Shown here in pieces: positions 28,843 to 42,812 of a stretch of DNA of 64,000 nt. The notes beneath the pieces were generated by a model. The model made no database searches and had not been told where the DNA came from. It was given only the letters and a program-made list of their open reading frames with translations. This DNA is from Octopus vulgaris (lineage: Eukaryota): contig OX597836.1 in NCBI GenBank assembly GCA_951406725.2, positions 14,818,001 to 14,882,000 on the forward strand. The letters run 5' to 3'. The stretch's first letter is position 1. Every line of letters begins with the position of its first letter. A program made the position numbers and the translations under genes.

Positions 28843-30744
28843 GGTACTGGCTTTAAAAATATCAAGACAATAAGGGACAATAAAAGAGAGAGAGAGAGAA
28901 AACTGAAACACCAAGCGAGGAGAGCTGTTAAAGTGAGAAAGAAGCCGGGAAGCGGGGCGGGAATTTGAGGTTTTAAATTGTCAAGAGAGAAGGGAAGTAA
29001 ATGAGGGAAAAATTTAAAACGACAGGGAGGAGGGGGTAAAGAGGGTGATTAGTGTGGGGTCAGCGAGGAGCAGAAACAGAGATAATGAACAGAGAGATAG
29101 GGAGAGAGAGGGAGTTGTTAAAAGATTCTGTTAAAGGGGAGAAGTAGAGAAACTTTGATAGGAGAAAGATTAGAGATGGAGAAAGAGAGTAAAGTTAAGA
29201 TCAAAAGAACGGGTGTTGTGAGAGAGAGAGAGGGAGAGAGGGAGAGAGAGAGAGAGAGAGAAATGGGAGAGAGAGAGAAATGGAAGAGAGAGAGAGAGAG
29301 AGAGAAATGGAAGAGAGAGAGAAATGGAAGAGAAAGAGAAAAATGGAAGAGAGAGAGAGAGAATGGGAGAGTAAGAGAGACGGCTGTAGACAGAAAAAAA
29401 GGGGGTAAGAGAGAGAGAGAGAGAGAGAAATGGAAGAGAGAGAGAGAATGGGAGAGTAAGAGAGACGGCTGTAGACAGAAAGAAAGAGGGTAAGAGAGAG
29501 AGAGAGAGAAAAAAAGTGTAGAGTGTGGGGAATGGAGAGAGAAAAGGAATATGAGAGCGGGGCCTAAAGTGACAGAGAGGAAGTAAGAGAAAGATGTAGA
29601 GAGAGAGAGTAAGAGAGACGGAATAGGGAGAGAAAGGGAAGGGTGTAGAAGGAGAGAAAAATGGGGAAAATAGAGAGAGAGAGAGAGAGAGGATATATAG
29701 CGAGAACAAGAGAAAGGTGTAGAGAGAAAGACAGAGAGAGAAAAGGGATTCAGATAGAAAGAGAGTGAAAGAGAGAGAAGGTATGGGGGAAAGAGAGAAT
29801 GATTAAGAAAAATGTAGAGAGGAAGATAGTATGAAAGAGGGATAGTGTGAGATACAGAGAGATGATGTGTGCTTTTGAGAGAGAGAGACAGAGACAGAGA
29901 CAGAAAAAGAAGGAGAGTGAAAGAGAGACAGAGAAACGAGGAGAGTGAAAGAGAGAGAGAGAGAAGTGAGCAAGATGGTTTAAAGAGATAAAATTAAGCA
30001 AGGAGACGAGAGAGAGAAGGAGGGGTTTAAGAGAGAGGGAGTGAGAGAGAGGGGGAATGAGAGAGAGGGGAAGTGAGAGAGAGGGGGGAGTGAGAGAGCT
30101 TAGCAATAGAAAAGACACGAGTTTCGACATTTTCAATAGTCCCAAATGTTGGTGTTGTTGACAGGTTAACGTTTTCTCTGTGAGAGGGCGCTACCACCGC
30201 TGCAGCTGGCGGTGGTTGTAAGATGGCAGCGATAATACTTTTGGTGGTGATGATGATGGTAATGATGATGATAATGATGATGATGATAGTGGTGGTATAA
30301 GTGGCGGCGGTGGTAGTGGTGGCGATGGTGGTGGTGGTGGTGGTGGTCGTCTTATTGTCGCTTGATTGCTCTCCATCAAAACCCATGCTGGAAAGACAAG
30401 GGTGGAGCGACGGAGAAGCTGAAGGACAGAGGTTTGTATGCGAGCGAGAATATCTTTTCGGATAGATTCGGAATCAAATCGTAAAAGAAGGCAAGGTTGG
30501 GTTGCCGGGATGAGGTATACGGAGAAAAAGAGAAAAAGAGAAAGAGAGAGAGAGAGAGAGAGGGGTGGTGTGATGGGTATTATGGGGGGGGGGTTAGTTG
30601 CTGTTGTTTTGTTGTTTCATGTAGTTGTTTTATATTTATTTTTCAGTTATTTCAACGGACAAACAACAACTATTGCAACAATAACTATAACAAAGAAAAG
30701 ACAATTGGATAAAACAAAAACAGTGCTGTATATATAAATGTATA

Positions 30745-30911
<167 letters not shown>

Positions 30912-30952
30912 AGGACTAGTACTGTTTCATTCAAAGAAATCTTCAGGAACTG
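30912..30952 (-). ncRNA. 41-bp hammerhead-core-like insert in (TA)n
   Basis: Minus strand: caguuc-CUGAAGA-uuucuuugaau-GAAAC-aguacua-GUC-cu. Same family as 40053-40090. Confidence 0.55.
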
Positions 30953-30970
30953 TATATATATATACATATG

Positions 30971-31025
<55 letters not shown>

Positions 31026-31130
31026 ATATGTATGTATGTATGTATATATACATATGTATGTATATATACATATATATATGTGTGTGTGTATATGTATATA
31101 TTTATGTATATGCATATATATATGTTTGTG

Positions 31131-31177
<47 letters not shown>

Positions 31178-32666
31178 ATGTATGTATGTATGTATGTATG
31201 TATGTATGTATGTATGTATGTATATGTATACTTACGCACACACACACACACCGCCTGAGTTTTACGAATCAAAATTCCTTTTCCTGATTGTATAAGGAAG
31301 CCTGAATGGCGGAATCAAACAGACAACAACTGTTGGAGACGGGAAATGATGGTGGCGGTATTGGCGGCGGTGGCGGTGGTGGTCGTCGTCGTGGTAGTCG
31401 TGGTCGTGGTGTTTCGGATGTTGTTATAGTTGCTGTTGTGCACATGGTGTTGTTGGCATTAGTAGAAGTGGTGGTGGTGGTGGTGGTGGTGGTGGTAGCA
31501 ATTGCGCTTTTGTGGTAGTATTTTTTTGTGTCGCTATTGTTGCCGTTGTTGTTGCTGTTAGTGGGGGTGCTGATGGTTGTGGTGGTGGTGGTGGTGGTGT
31601 TAGTGGTAGTAGTGATGATGATGGTATTAGTGACGGTGGTGGTGGTAGTGATAATGATTGTATTAGTGGTGGTGGTGGAGCTTTTGGCACCAGTAGTTGT
31701 GATGGTGGTCCTGAGGATGATGATGATGATGATGATGTTGATGGTGGTGGTGGTGGTGGTGGTGGTGGTGGTGGTGGTGGTGGTGGTGGTGGTGGTGGTG
31801 GTGGTGGCGGCGGCGGCGGCGGTGGCTGTGGCGATGGTGGTAGTGGTGGTGGTGGTGGTGGTGGTGGTGGTGGTGGTGGTGGAGTGGCCGCGGCGGCAGC
31901 GGCGTTGATGTCTAGTAGTGACGGAAGACGGATGGTCATTGACAAGAGAAAACTGATTTAGAAGGAACTGCGGGCTATGAGTGGTAGGAGGACGAACGAC
32001 GAGTAGAAGGATGAGGAAATGGAGGAGGAAGAGGAGAGAGAGGGGGAGAGAGAGAGAGAAAGAAAGAACAGTTTCAACCATTATGATCTGAGTTGTTGTT
32101 GTTGTTGTTGTTGTTGTTCCTGATGTTTTTGTTGTGATGTTGATCTGGCTCAGGTCTGCCCTCCCTGGGCCGATCAAGAGTGGAGAAAGTGGTGGAGGTG
32201 ATAGTGGTGGTAGCGGTGCTGGCGAAGGTTGTAGGGGCTATAGTAGTCATGGTGGCGACGGCAGCGTGATCGTCGTCGTCGTCATCGACGTCTTGGCCGT
32301 TGTTGTTTTTACCGATCTGGGGCTGTTGTTGTTTATTAAACATGCTAGCTCTCACCTCACCTTATTGACAAGGGTTGCCTTGGAACTAAACAACAACCCC
32401 AACAATAACAACATCCACAACATCAACACCACAGTTATGGCCAAGGAGGGAACATAAAGATGGTCTGTCGACCTACAAGAAATGACGGCCGAATTGCCTT
32501 TAAATAAACTACAATCTTAAATAACAAAAGTCCACAACAAATTATTATATTCAATTACATTTTAAAAAGACAGGATGGTCGTGGCTAGGTTGTCTTTGAC
32601 CATATGTCTTCTCGTTATCTCTGTTAGCTAAGATGTGCACGATGGCACCGACTACAACAGCAACAA

Positions 32667-32825
32667 TGGAGGCGCAATGGCCCAGTGGTTAGGGCAGCGG
32701 ACTTGCAGTCATAAGAACGCGGTTTCGATTCCCAGACCGGGCGTTGTGAGTGTTTTTAGAAAAAACACCTAAACTCCACGAGGCTCCGGCGGGGAGGGGT
32801 GGTGAACCCCGCTGCACTCTTTCTT
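32667..32825 (+). mobile_element. SINE family C, 3'-truncated
   Basis: Aligns with the 5' half of the 20379 copy. Confidence 0.88.
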
Positions 32826-33433
32826 CCTACTTATGTCACAAAACAGAGGAACCATGGTGTAACCCTAGTCTAGATTGCAAATCCTCTGTACCTCAAGATG
32901 GTTCAGCTCTCCACCCGTTAAAAGCCACCGTTTACGGAATGGGGATAACAACGTAGCTTTCGCACCCGTGCAACCACCAGTCTATCGCGTGTGGTGGTTG
33001 GATCTTCAAGTTGCCTCACGCATTCTTAGTAGCTTAGAGTAGGCTCGAACAGAGATTATTCTTTGTGGCTAATAGCCTGAGTTCTGATTGAAAGAAGACA
33101 GCAACAATGACAACACTTATAATGATTTCAGTCAGAGGCACAGGGCTACATATGTTGTACAAAAATAAGATATGTACGTATGTATGAAACCCATTCTCTT
33201 CCTCATCACTGCCATTGTTTGAAATAAGAGATGTAAGGCTTTTGCATGCTCGGATATTTTTATATTTCAGCATGCCATCTGATAATTGGATCCAAGGGTC
33301 CATCCAATTTTTTAAATAATTTCTAAGTATTTATTGATTTTTGTAATATAGAAAGCAGAAACAATTGTAATGGAATAACTGAAGTACCAACATTTTGACA
33401 CTTGTTAGTCTTCCATACTACACACACACATAT

Positions 33434-33477
<44 letters not shown>

Positions 33478-33494
33478 TTTTTATATATAAAAAA

Positions 33495-33712
33495 TACAAA
33501 ATGGAACAAGAACGCAAAACATCCAGGCAACTAAGTGATACAAAAAAGGGACAACAATACATCCAGATAGACGATACAAAGAAAACAGGGACGGGTCATT
33601 CGGAGTTTTCTTTCCTCAGTCGAGTTCCAGATTATCTTTGCAGTTTCGGCTGGTTATACTCGAGATTTCTCCAATCTGGCCAGCCCCAAGGAAAAACTAA
33701 ACTAAGAGAACG
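33495..33712. mobile_element. TA-embedded short repeat, homolog of 9858-10035
   Basis: Direct similarity. Minus strand carries a GGCTGG...CCAGCC stem followed by GAAAC-TGCA. Confidence 0.7.
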
Positions 33713-34762
33713 TCGAACTGGATGCCTTATCAGATTAGTCACTGTTCTTTGCGTTCTGAGTTCGAATCCCACCGTGGCTTACTTAGTTAAGAGAATTAAT
33801 ACTTTCCCCAGTTTAGCATCCGCTATTAAGTACCTTGTTCTCCTTCAGTGGAGTACACATTGACGAGAGCAATCAGTCCAGGCCTCTGGCTTGACTATAC
33901 TTTCTTATCTTCCTTCCTACATCCCTTCTTTCTTCCTCCAGCCTGTCTCCAACCCGTAAAGCAGCGTTTCTCAACAATTTTTTTTTACCTATGGCTCCCT
34001 TTCATTCCTATTTTGCTCAACAAAATCTTGTGTGGATCCCTATCACCAACACCACCAAAACTACCACTACTACCACCATCACAACCAACACCATCACCAA
34101 CACCAACAACAAACAACAACACTATCACTACCCCTACCACTGCCACTACCACCACAACCAATGTCATCATCACCACCACTACCGCCATCACCAGAACCAA
34201 TACCATCACCACCACTACCACTACCACCACAACCAACACTATCACCACCACTACCGCCGCCACCACAACCAACGCCACACCACCACCACTACCACCACCA
34301 TCATAACCAATACCATCACCACCACCACTACCACTGCTACCACAACTAACACCGTCACCACCACTACCACCATCACCACAACCAATACCATCACCACCAC
34401 TACCACCACCACCACAACCAACACCACTACAACCAACACCATCACCAACCGCGACCACCACAACAACAAACAACAACACTATCACCACCACCACCACCAC
34501 CACCACCACTACAATCAACACCATCACCACTACCAGCACCACCACCACTACCACCACAACCAAACCGTCACCACATAAATAATCACCATCATAAACAGGC
34601 ATCACAACCACCATCATCCCCAACAACAACCCCCACACCGCACCATATGTACCACCAATACCACCACCCCTACAACCACCACCACTGCCACCATCAGAAA
34701 TCATTTTCTGAGTTCAGTCACTCTATTGATGTCCGAAATAATCAAGCAACAATCACTGGTCA

Positions 34763-34821
<59 letters not shown>

Positions 34822-35120
34822 GTGGTGGTGGTGGTGGTGGTGGTGGTGGTGGTGGTGGTGGTGGTGGTAGTAATAGTGGTAGTAGTAGTAGTAGTCGTAT
34901 TGGTAGTAGTAGTACGAAGAAGAGGAGGAGGAGGACAACAGTAGCAGCAGTAATGGTGGTAGTAGTAGCAGTAATAGTAATGATGATAGTAGCTGTAATA
35001 GTAGTGGTGGTAGTAGCTACAGGATGATAATCGAGGGGGAGACGGTGTTGGTGGAGGAGGGATGGCAATATGAGAGATAGTTGTCATGGTGATGGTGATG
35101 GTGGTGATGGCAGCAGCAGC

Positions 35121-35171
<51 letters not shown>

Positions 35172-36904
35172 GGTGGTGGTGGTGGTGGTGGTGGTGGTGG
35201 TATTGTCGGTGGCGGCGACGATCAAGAGACGGCTGAACGAAACGGCCAGCGTTCTTATTGTTCCAATTAATGAAAGAAACTGAAGTGTCCCTAGGCAAGA
35301 AATAAATAAATAAATAAATAAACTAAAAATTTCGCATGGATGGTCACGGAAGGAGAAGACTCTATTGAGAGAGAGAAGGAAATAAAGCTTTTTATCTGTT
35401 TTTGTTTTGTTCTTTTCAATGAGATGTGTGATTGATTACCATGATTGGTTGGTCGGCTTGCTGGCTGGTCGGACGGACGGACGGACGGATGGATAGATAG
35501 ATGGGTGGGTGGGTAGGTGGTTGATTAGTTGGTTGGTTGATTGGTGAGCTTGATGGTTGGTTAATTAGTTGATTGGTTGAGAGGCGAAGTTGGTTGGTCG
35601 TTTGGCTGGGTGGGTGGGTGGTTGGGTGGTTGGATGGTTTAGGTGTTTGGTTCGTTCGTTGATGTTGATTGAGAAGTTGGTCGTTTGGTTGATTCAACGA
35701 CGTTCCGTTGGACAACAAAGGTTTTATTACTGCCGCCATTGAGACAACGCGAGATTGGAAGCAGTTTCGCTGATGATGACAAGGACGGCGATGACGATGA
35801 CGACGATGACGGCGACGGCGATAGGTACGACAACAACAACAGTAACAACGACAACAATAACAACAGCAACAACAACAGCAACAACAAGAGTAATAACAAT
35901 AATAATAATAACAGCAACAATAACAATAATAATAATAACAACAATAACAACAATAACAAGAAAAATAACAACAATAATAACAACAACAATAACAGCAACA
36001 ATAACAATAATAATAATAACAAGAATAACAACAATAACAACAGTAATAACAACAGTAACAACAATACCAAGAAAAATAACAACAATAATAACAACAACAA
36101 TAACAATAATAATAATAACAACAATAACAACAATAACAAGAAAAATAACAACAATGACAACAAGGACGACGACAGCGACAACAACAAAAACAATAACAAC
36201 AACAGCGTCAATGAATACGAAAACCACAACCTCGTGGTCAGAGATGTTTGGCTCACGATCCGAAGGCCGTGGGTCCCATTCCTGCAGCCGGCACCGCGCT
36301 TTGTCCAGTCTACTCAGCTGGTAAGAATGAGTGCCACCCGAGAAACGATGTTGCCCTCTCACTCTCCATCTGTTACATCCTGGATGTGCCGCTGACTTAA
36401 GGGTGGAGACGCTGAGAAGCTGTTCTGTATCTGATAAGGATTGGCGGGACCCTGGTACAAGGGTACCAGATCAGTGTGAGACGTTTTGGCACAGCTGTTT
36501 CGCAGCCGATTACTTGGCGCTGCTGATTCGATGCAGACTTATTTGACATCATACATCTTCATATTTCTCTCGTTCCCTCCCTCCCTCCTCCCCCTCTCTC
36601 TTTCTCTTTATACGTGTGAGTATCTAACTATGTACGTATGTATAATGTCTCTTTCTCTTTGCCTCTTTCTCTCTCTCTCTCCCCCTCTCTCTCTCTTTCT
36701 TTCTCTCTACCTCTTTCTCTCTTTCCCTGTCTGCCTCTCTCTCTGTCTTCTCTATTTCTCTCTCTCCGTGAGCATCTGGTTATGTTTGTATGCACTTGTA
36801 ATGTCTCTCTCTCCTTACTCTCTGTCTTTCTCTCTCTCTCATTATCTGTATATGTATATTTCTGGTCGCACACGCGTGCATGCGTGTGTGTGCATCTGTG
36901 TGCA

Positions 36905-36956
<52 letters not shown>

Positions 36957-37127
36957 TGTACGTGTGTGTGAGCGTCTAGTGTCAAATAAGTACTGTCCTC
37001 AAAACAGGTTCAACATCCACTCAAACGTGCCAGATCATTGGCGCCCAAGCAGCTGCGCCCTGTCGTCTCATTTTGAACAAGTCAAACTCGCTTCTGAGAG
37101 ACGGCTTTGTGCACGCGTGCGTGTGTG

Positions 37128-37186
<59 letters not shown>

Positions 37187-37589
37187 ATGTACGCACATAG
37201 ACACACAGTAAACATGCATTATAAAACATACAAATAAACAGACTCCCATCACTCCTACAACTACCAATCTCATCACCACCACCACCACCACCGCAACCAC
37301 CACCACCATTACCACTCCACCACAACCACCACCACTACCACCACCACTATTACTACCACAACCACCACCACTACAACCACCACCACCATTATCACTACTA
37401 ACAACAATAGGAAGAACAACGACTACAACCTCTACCAAAACCACTACCTCCATAACCACCACCATTAACAACACAACCACCATTACCACCACTAATACTA
37501 CCACTACCACTACAACCTCTACCACCACCACTACCACCCTTACCACCACCATTATCACTGCTACCACCACCACCACTACTACCACCCCA

Positions 37590-38085
37590 CTATCACCACT
37601 ACCATTACCACCACTACCACAACCAGCACTATCACCATTACAACGACGACGACAACTACCACCAACACCACTACTACCATCATCACCATTACCACCACTA
37701 CTACCACCACCACCATTACTACTACCACAACACTACCGCAACCGCCAAAATTACTAAAATCATCATCGCCACCACAGCTACCACCACCACTACTACTACC
37801 ACTACCACCACCACCACCACTACCACCACCACCACTACTACCTCCCCGCTACCACTACCATTAACACCACTACCACAACAAGCACTATCACCATTACAAC
37901 GACGACGACAACTACCACCATCACCACCACCGCTACTACCATCATCACCATTACCACCACTATTACCACCACCACCATTACTACTACCACAACACTACAG
38001 CAACCGCCAAAATTACTAAAATCATCATCGCCACCACAGCTACCACCACCACCACCACTACTACTACCACTACCACCACCTCTTC
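37590..38085. repeat. Tandem ~260-bp duplication within a (CAC/TAC)n field
   Basis: agcactatcaccattacaacgacgacgacaac and caaccgccaaaattactaaaatcatcatcgccaccacagc each occur twice. Confidence 0.85.
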
Positions 38086-38296
38086 TGCCTCTTACCTCCA
38101 CCCCCTTTGCTAACTAAACCTTACGGCCACAGACACCATTAACGAAAGCCGTAAGAGACGGATATTTTCAACTCAGGTGAAAAAAATAAGGCTCTGAGAC
38201 GAATTATGGAAAAAAAATCTTGACTTTAATTTGTGTGTGTGCTTGAGAGAGAGGGAAAGAGACACAGAGAGACAGAGTCAGACAGACAGGCAGAGT

Positions 38297-38340
<44 letters not shown>

Positions 38341-38601
38341 GAGAGACACAAAGAGACAGAAAGACAGACAGAGTGGGAGAGACAGAGAGATAGACGGCGT
38401 GAGAGAGGAACGGAAATTAACGAGATAAAATTTAATGAAATCGCGGTTTTGGTTAAACAGAGAAAGAAAAAGGAGAGATAAAAAAAAGAAAGAAAGAAAG
38501 AAAGAAGAATAGAAAGGAGGAGGAAAGACAATGAAGAATAAGTGAGAAACAAAGAGGTATATATGTATGTATGCATGTATGTATACATATACATATATAT
38601 A

Positions 38602-38638
<37 letters not shown>

Positions 38639-38683
38639 AAATGTATATATACATATACACACAAACATGCACATGTATGTGAG

Positions 38684-38725
<42 letters not shown>

Positions 38726-38775
38726 CTCACATACATACGCATGTTTGTGTGTATTTAATTATGCATATATTCGTT

Positions 38776-38857
<82 letters not shown>

Positions 38858-38997
38858 TAGTTTATTATATACACCACACACATATGTATGTGCATGTGCC
38901 GTGGAAAAGTTATCAAAAACATCAAGCTATGAAGGAATAACAATGATATTTATTAATATTAAACGATATACAGACGACATATATATATATATGTATA

Positions 38998-39085
<88 letters not shown>

Positions 39086-39346
39086 TGTATGTATGGATAA
39101 TATACATACAAATACACACCCTCACGCACACGCACACACACACACACATACCTACACACGGAGAGATGGGGGGGCAGCTTGAAAAGAGAGAGGGAGCAAT
39201 TTAAAGTCGGTTAATTGGATAATTAACCTTGAATAATAAAACTAGGGAAATCCTTCCAGGGGAGCAACCTAATCGATTAGTCGCGGATGGCAGGTTTTTT
39301 TTCAATATATACGTCTCTAAAAATGTTCAATACACACTCACACATA

Positions 39347-39425
<79 letters not shown>

Positions 39426-39470
39426 ATATATATATATATATGTGTATATGTGTGTGTGTGTGTGTGTATG

Positions 39471-39510
<40 letters not shown>

Positions 39511-39899
39511 GCATGTATGTATGTATGTATGTATGTATGTATGTATGTATGTATGTATGTATATAAACACACATAATCAGCAGATAAACACTGTGTATAT
39601 GCCGGTAGGTCGTGATTACGCGTGCCAGGGATAACTTCGTCAGAATTCCACCTGTTATAACACATGAAAGTCAAAGGCAAGCGTGATAACTCACCCTAAA
39701 TCCCATTTAGGTGTGAGGGACATCGATGTTTCTCTATATTTGTGGCTTATCGGCATCAGGTAGCCAAGTACAAAACGGGAGTCGTACTGCCAGTGCACGA
39801 TTTATCCGCATATAGTGTAAAAACTATGTGCTGGTATGCCAGGGAGTACATAGTATTAAATTCAAATATGGAATGATGTCCTGTACCCTTATATGTATG

Positions 39900-39949
<50 letters not shown>

Positions 39950-40019
39950 TCCCGGGTTGAGTCGGGGTTAACCACAGTAAGTAAATAAGGTACTCAATAC
40001 ATAGCAGAGTAAATTAATT

Positions 40020-40102
40020 TATTTTATAGAAGGAACTTCTACAGGACTAGAACTGATGATTTCATTTGAATGAAACAGTTCTAGTCCTGTAGAAGCTCCT
40101 AT

Positions 40103-40108
<6 letters not shown>
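40020..40108 (+). ncRNA. Hammerhead-core motif enclosed in a fold-back
   Basis: CTGATGA (40053), GAAAC (40072), GTC (40084). Arms 40020-40055 and 40076-40108 are near-perfect inverted copies. Confidence 0.55.
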
Positions 40109-40158
<50 letters not shown>

Positions 40159-40159
<1 letters not shown>

Positions 40160-40495
40160 CGGGAAGGTTTACGAAAATAAACAAAAGACGATGGCAGGTG
40201 GAGTACAAACAAGACAAATGTATTAGTATGGCGCTCAGGGATAGAAATAGAACAAGTCTTTTACGTTTCGAGCCTACGCCCTTCGACAGAATGATACACA
40301 GAAAAAAAAAACAAGGAGAGAAAAAAACACGCATTGAGTCGAAACAAGGGCAGCTGAAGAAGGGGAATGTTCTCTCTATTGTATGTCTTGTACTCTGTTT
40401 TTTCGTTGTTAAAAAAAGTTCGTTTCCTTGTTTTGTTTTTATGTTTTCGTTTCTCGTTGTGTTCTACGTTTATTTGTGGTGTCCTGTACTCATAC
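40159..40495. mobile_element. TA-embedded composite insert: copy of the 1679 family with hammerhead-like motif, plus a fragment shared with 60342-60487
   Basis: Minus strand CTGTCGA-A-GGGCgtagGCTC-GAAAC-GTA-AAAG at 40257-40289. The segment ttttcgtttctc..tgtgttc..ggtgtcctgtactcata recurs near 60440-60487. Confidence 0.6.
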
Positions 40496-40531
40496 ATGCA
40501 TGTATATATACATATAGATGTAGGTATGTAC

Positions 40532-40564
<33 letters not shown>

Positions 40565-40648
40565 TGTATGTATGTATGTATGTATGTATGTATGTATGTA
40601 TGTATGTATGTATGTATGTATGTATGTATGTATGCATATGTTTTACTT

Positions 40649-40805
40649 GTGGCTGTGTGGTAAGTAGCTTGCTTACCAACCACATGGTTCCGGGTTCAGT
40701 CCCACTACGTGGCATCTTGGGCAAGTGTCTTCTGCTATAGCCCCGGGCCGACCAATGCCTTCTGAGTGGATTTGGTAGACGGAAACTGAAAGAAGCCTGT
40801 CGTAT
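40649..40805 (+). mobile_element. SINE family A, 5' half
   Basis: Aligns to the family A head. Confidence 0.88.
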
Positions 40806-41339
40806 ATATGTATATATATGTATATAATTAGTACTTATATACGCACTTGAAACAGTTTTATATGTACATGTTATATAAAATGCATATACAAATGTAGAAC
40901 AACATTAGTTGTGATATTTGGAATAAGTAAATGTTTTGTATACGTATACCTATATTGGAACAACCATTTTGGGCTTGGTTCAGAACATCCGTGTTTATTG
41001 GTCACTGAGGAGACGGAATCATATCGAAACATCGTGGCTGGCGATCCACCGACATTCTGAGCGAAGTCTATTCACACCCCGTCTCTTTTCTATTCTCTCC
41101 TTTACTTTTTCTTTCTCTCTTTCGTTTCTTTTTCTCTCCCATTCTCTCTTTCTAGCTTTCTCACTTCTCACTCTTTTTTTCTCTTTCCCTCTAACATCAC
41201 GCTCTCCCTCTCCTTGTCTCTTTCTCCTTCTTTCACTCTTTCTCTCTCTCTCGCACGCGCACCGCCCTTTCTTTCTTTCCACTTCTCTCTACCTCTTTTT
41301 CTGTCTGTCTTTCTCTCTTTCTCTTACTGTCTGTCTGTT

Positions 41340-41393
<54 letters not shown>

Positions 41394-41513
41394 AATCCAC
41401 TCTCCTATTTCTTTCTTTTTCTTTCTCTTTTTCTCCTTCTCTTCCTTCCTCTCCCTCTTACCTCCATTTCTCTCTCTACCTCTTCTCCTTTTCACTCTCT
41501 CCCTCCACCCTCC

Positions 41514-41590
<77 letters not shown>

Positions 41591-42148
41591 AATCCATTTT
41601 CCTATCTCGGCCTGGTTTATTATCCCTCCTCCCTTCAAACGAAAACACCAACCTAGTCCTAGAATCAGACAAGGTGAACGTGGACAGGTAGACACGCTGA
41701 TGAAACAAAAAAAATAAAATAACACAAGATCGAAAAAACTAAAGAGCATAAATATCAATACAATTCCCAATAAAACATATCGATTAGCTACGAGATTGGA
41801 GCGATTTCTTCAATTCGATCATTTGTATCTCAAAGAATAACGGAAATTAGCCAACGAAAGAATAAATAAATAAATAACCAAAATTTTGTTTTTTGTTGCT
41901 TTTTATTGTTTTTTTATTGTTTGCTCTACAAATTATTGTTTGATTAGCGATTGATCGATTGATCTGTATGATTTGTTTTATATGTTTATTGGATTTTTTA
42001 ATTGATTTGTTAATTAACGATTCTTCTGTTTTCCATTTCTTTTCTTTTTTTTTGGCACCATTTTTATTTGTCTGCTATTGTTGTTGTTCTTTTTTCTTCT
42101 TCCTCTTCTACCTTTTCTTCTTCTTCCTCTTCTTTCTTTTCTTCTTCT

Positions 42149-42180
<32 letters not shown>

Positions 42181-42658
42181 TTTCCTCTTCCTCTTCTTCC
42201 GTTTCTTCTTCTTCCTCTTCTTCCTTTTCTTCTTCTTTTTCTTCTTCTTTCTTCTTCTTTCTCTTCTTCCTTTTCTTCTTCTTCCTCTTCTTCCTTTTCT
42301 TCTTCCTTTTCTTCTTCGTCTCATCGTTTTTGTTGCAGCTGTTGTTTTTGTGCTGTCATAACTTTTTTGGTATTTTGTTCTTATGTTATTCTTATCGTTG
42401 TTGCTATTATTGCTGTTACTGTTATTGTTGTTGTTGTTGTTGTTGTTGTTGTTACTGTTGTCGGTTTTGCTGTCGTCGTCGTTGTTCTGGCAATTCTTGT
42501 TGTTACTGCAGCTACTGCTGCTGCTGCTACTGTCGTTGTTGTTGCTGCTGCTGTTGTCACCATTGTTGTTTCAAGACTACAGAATGCGATTTGAGGAAAG
42601 ATTTGGGTTGCTATTTCTAGCTATCGGGTGATTACATAGAATCTTCGTCATTATACCT

Positions 42659-42812
42659 TATTTCTTTATTGCCCACAAGGGGCTAAACATAGAGAGGACA
42701 AACAAGGACAGACAAAGGTATGAGGTCGATTATATCGACCCTAGTGCGTAACTGGTACTTATTTTATCGACCCCGAAAGGATGAAAGGCAAAGTCGACCT
42801 CGGCGGAATTTG
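42659..42812 (-). mobile_element. SINE family B, 5'-truncated single copy
   Basis: tatttctttattgcccacaaggggctaaac...gtcgacctcggcggaatttga. Confidence 0.88.

Noticed and set aside
30388-30412. Slight resemblance to miR-71 (ggaaagacaagggt)
   Set aside because: The seed and 3' part mismatch the recalled mature sequence and no precursor hairpin is evident.
31269-32177. 302-aa Thr-rich mucin-like ORF with a hydrophobic stretch
   Set aside because: Built from (CAC)n, (CT)n and (AAC)n repeats; overlapping ORFs occur in other frames and no recognisable domain is present.
35685-36395. 236-aa Asn/Asp-rich ORF
   Set aside because: Derived from (AAC/AAT)n repeats, and its non-repetitive C-terminus reads through what looks like a degenerate tRNA-derived SINE at ~36233-36330.
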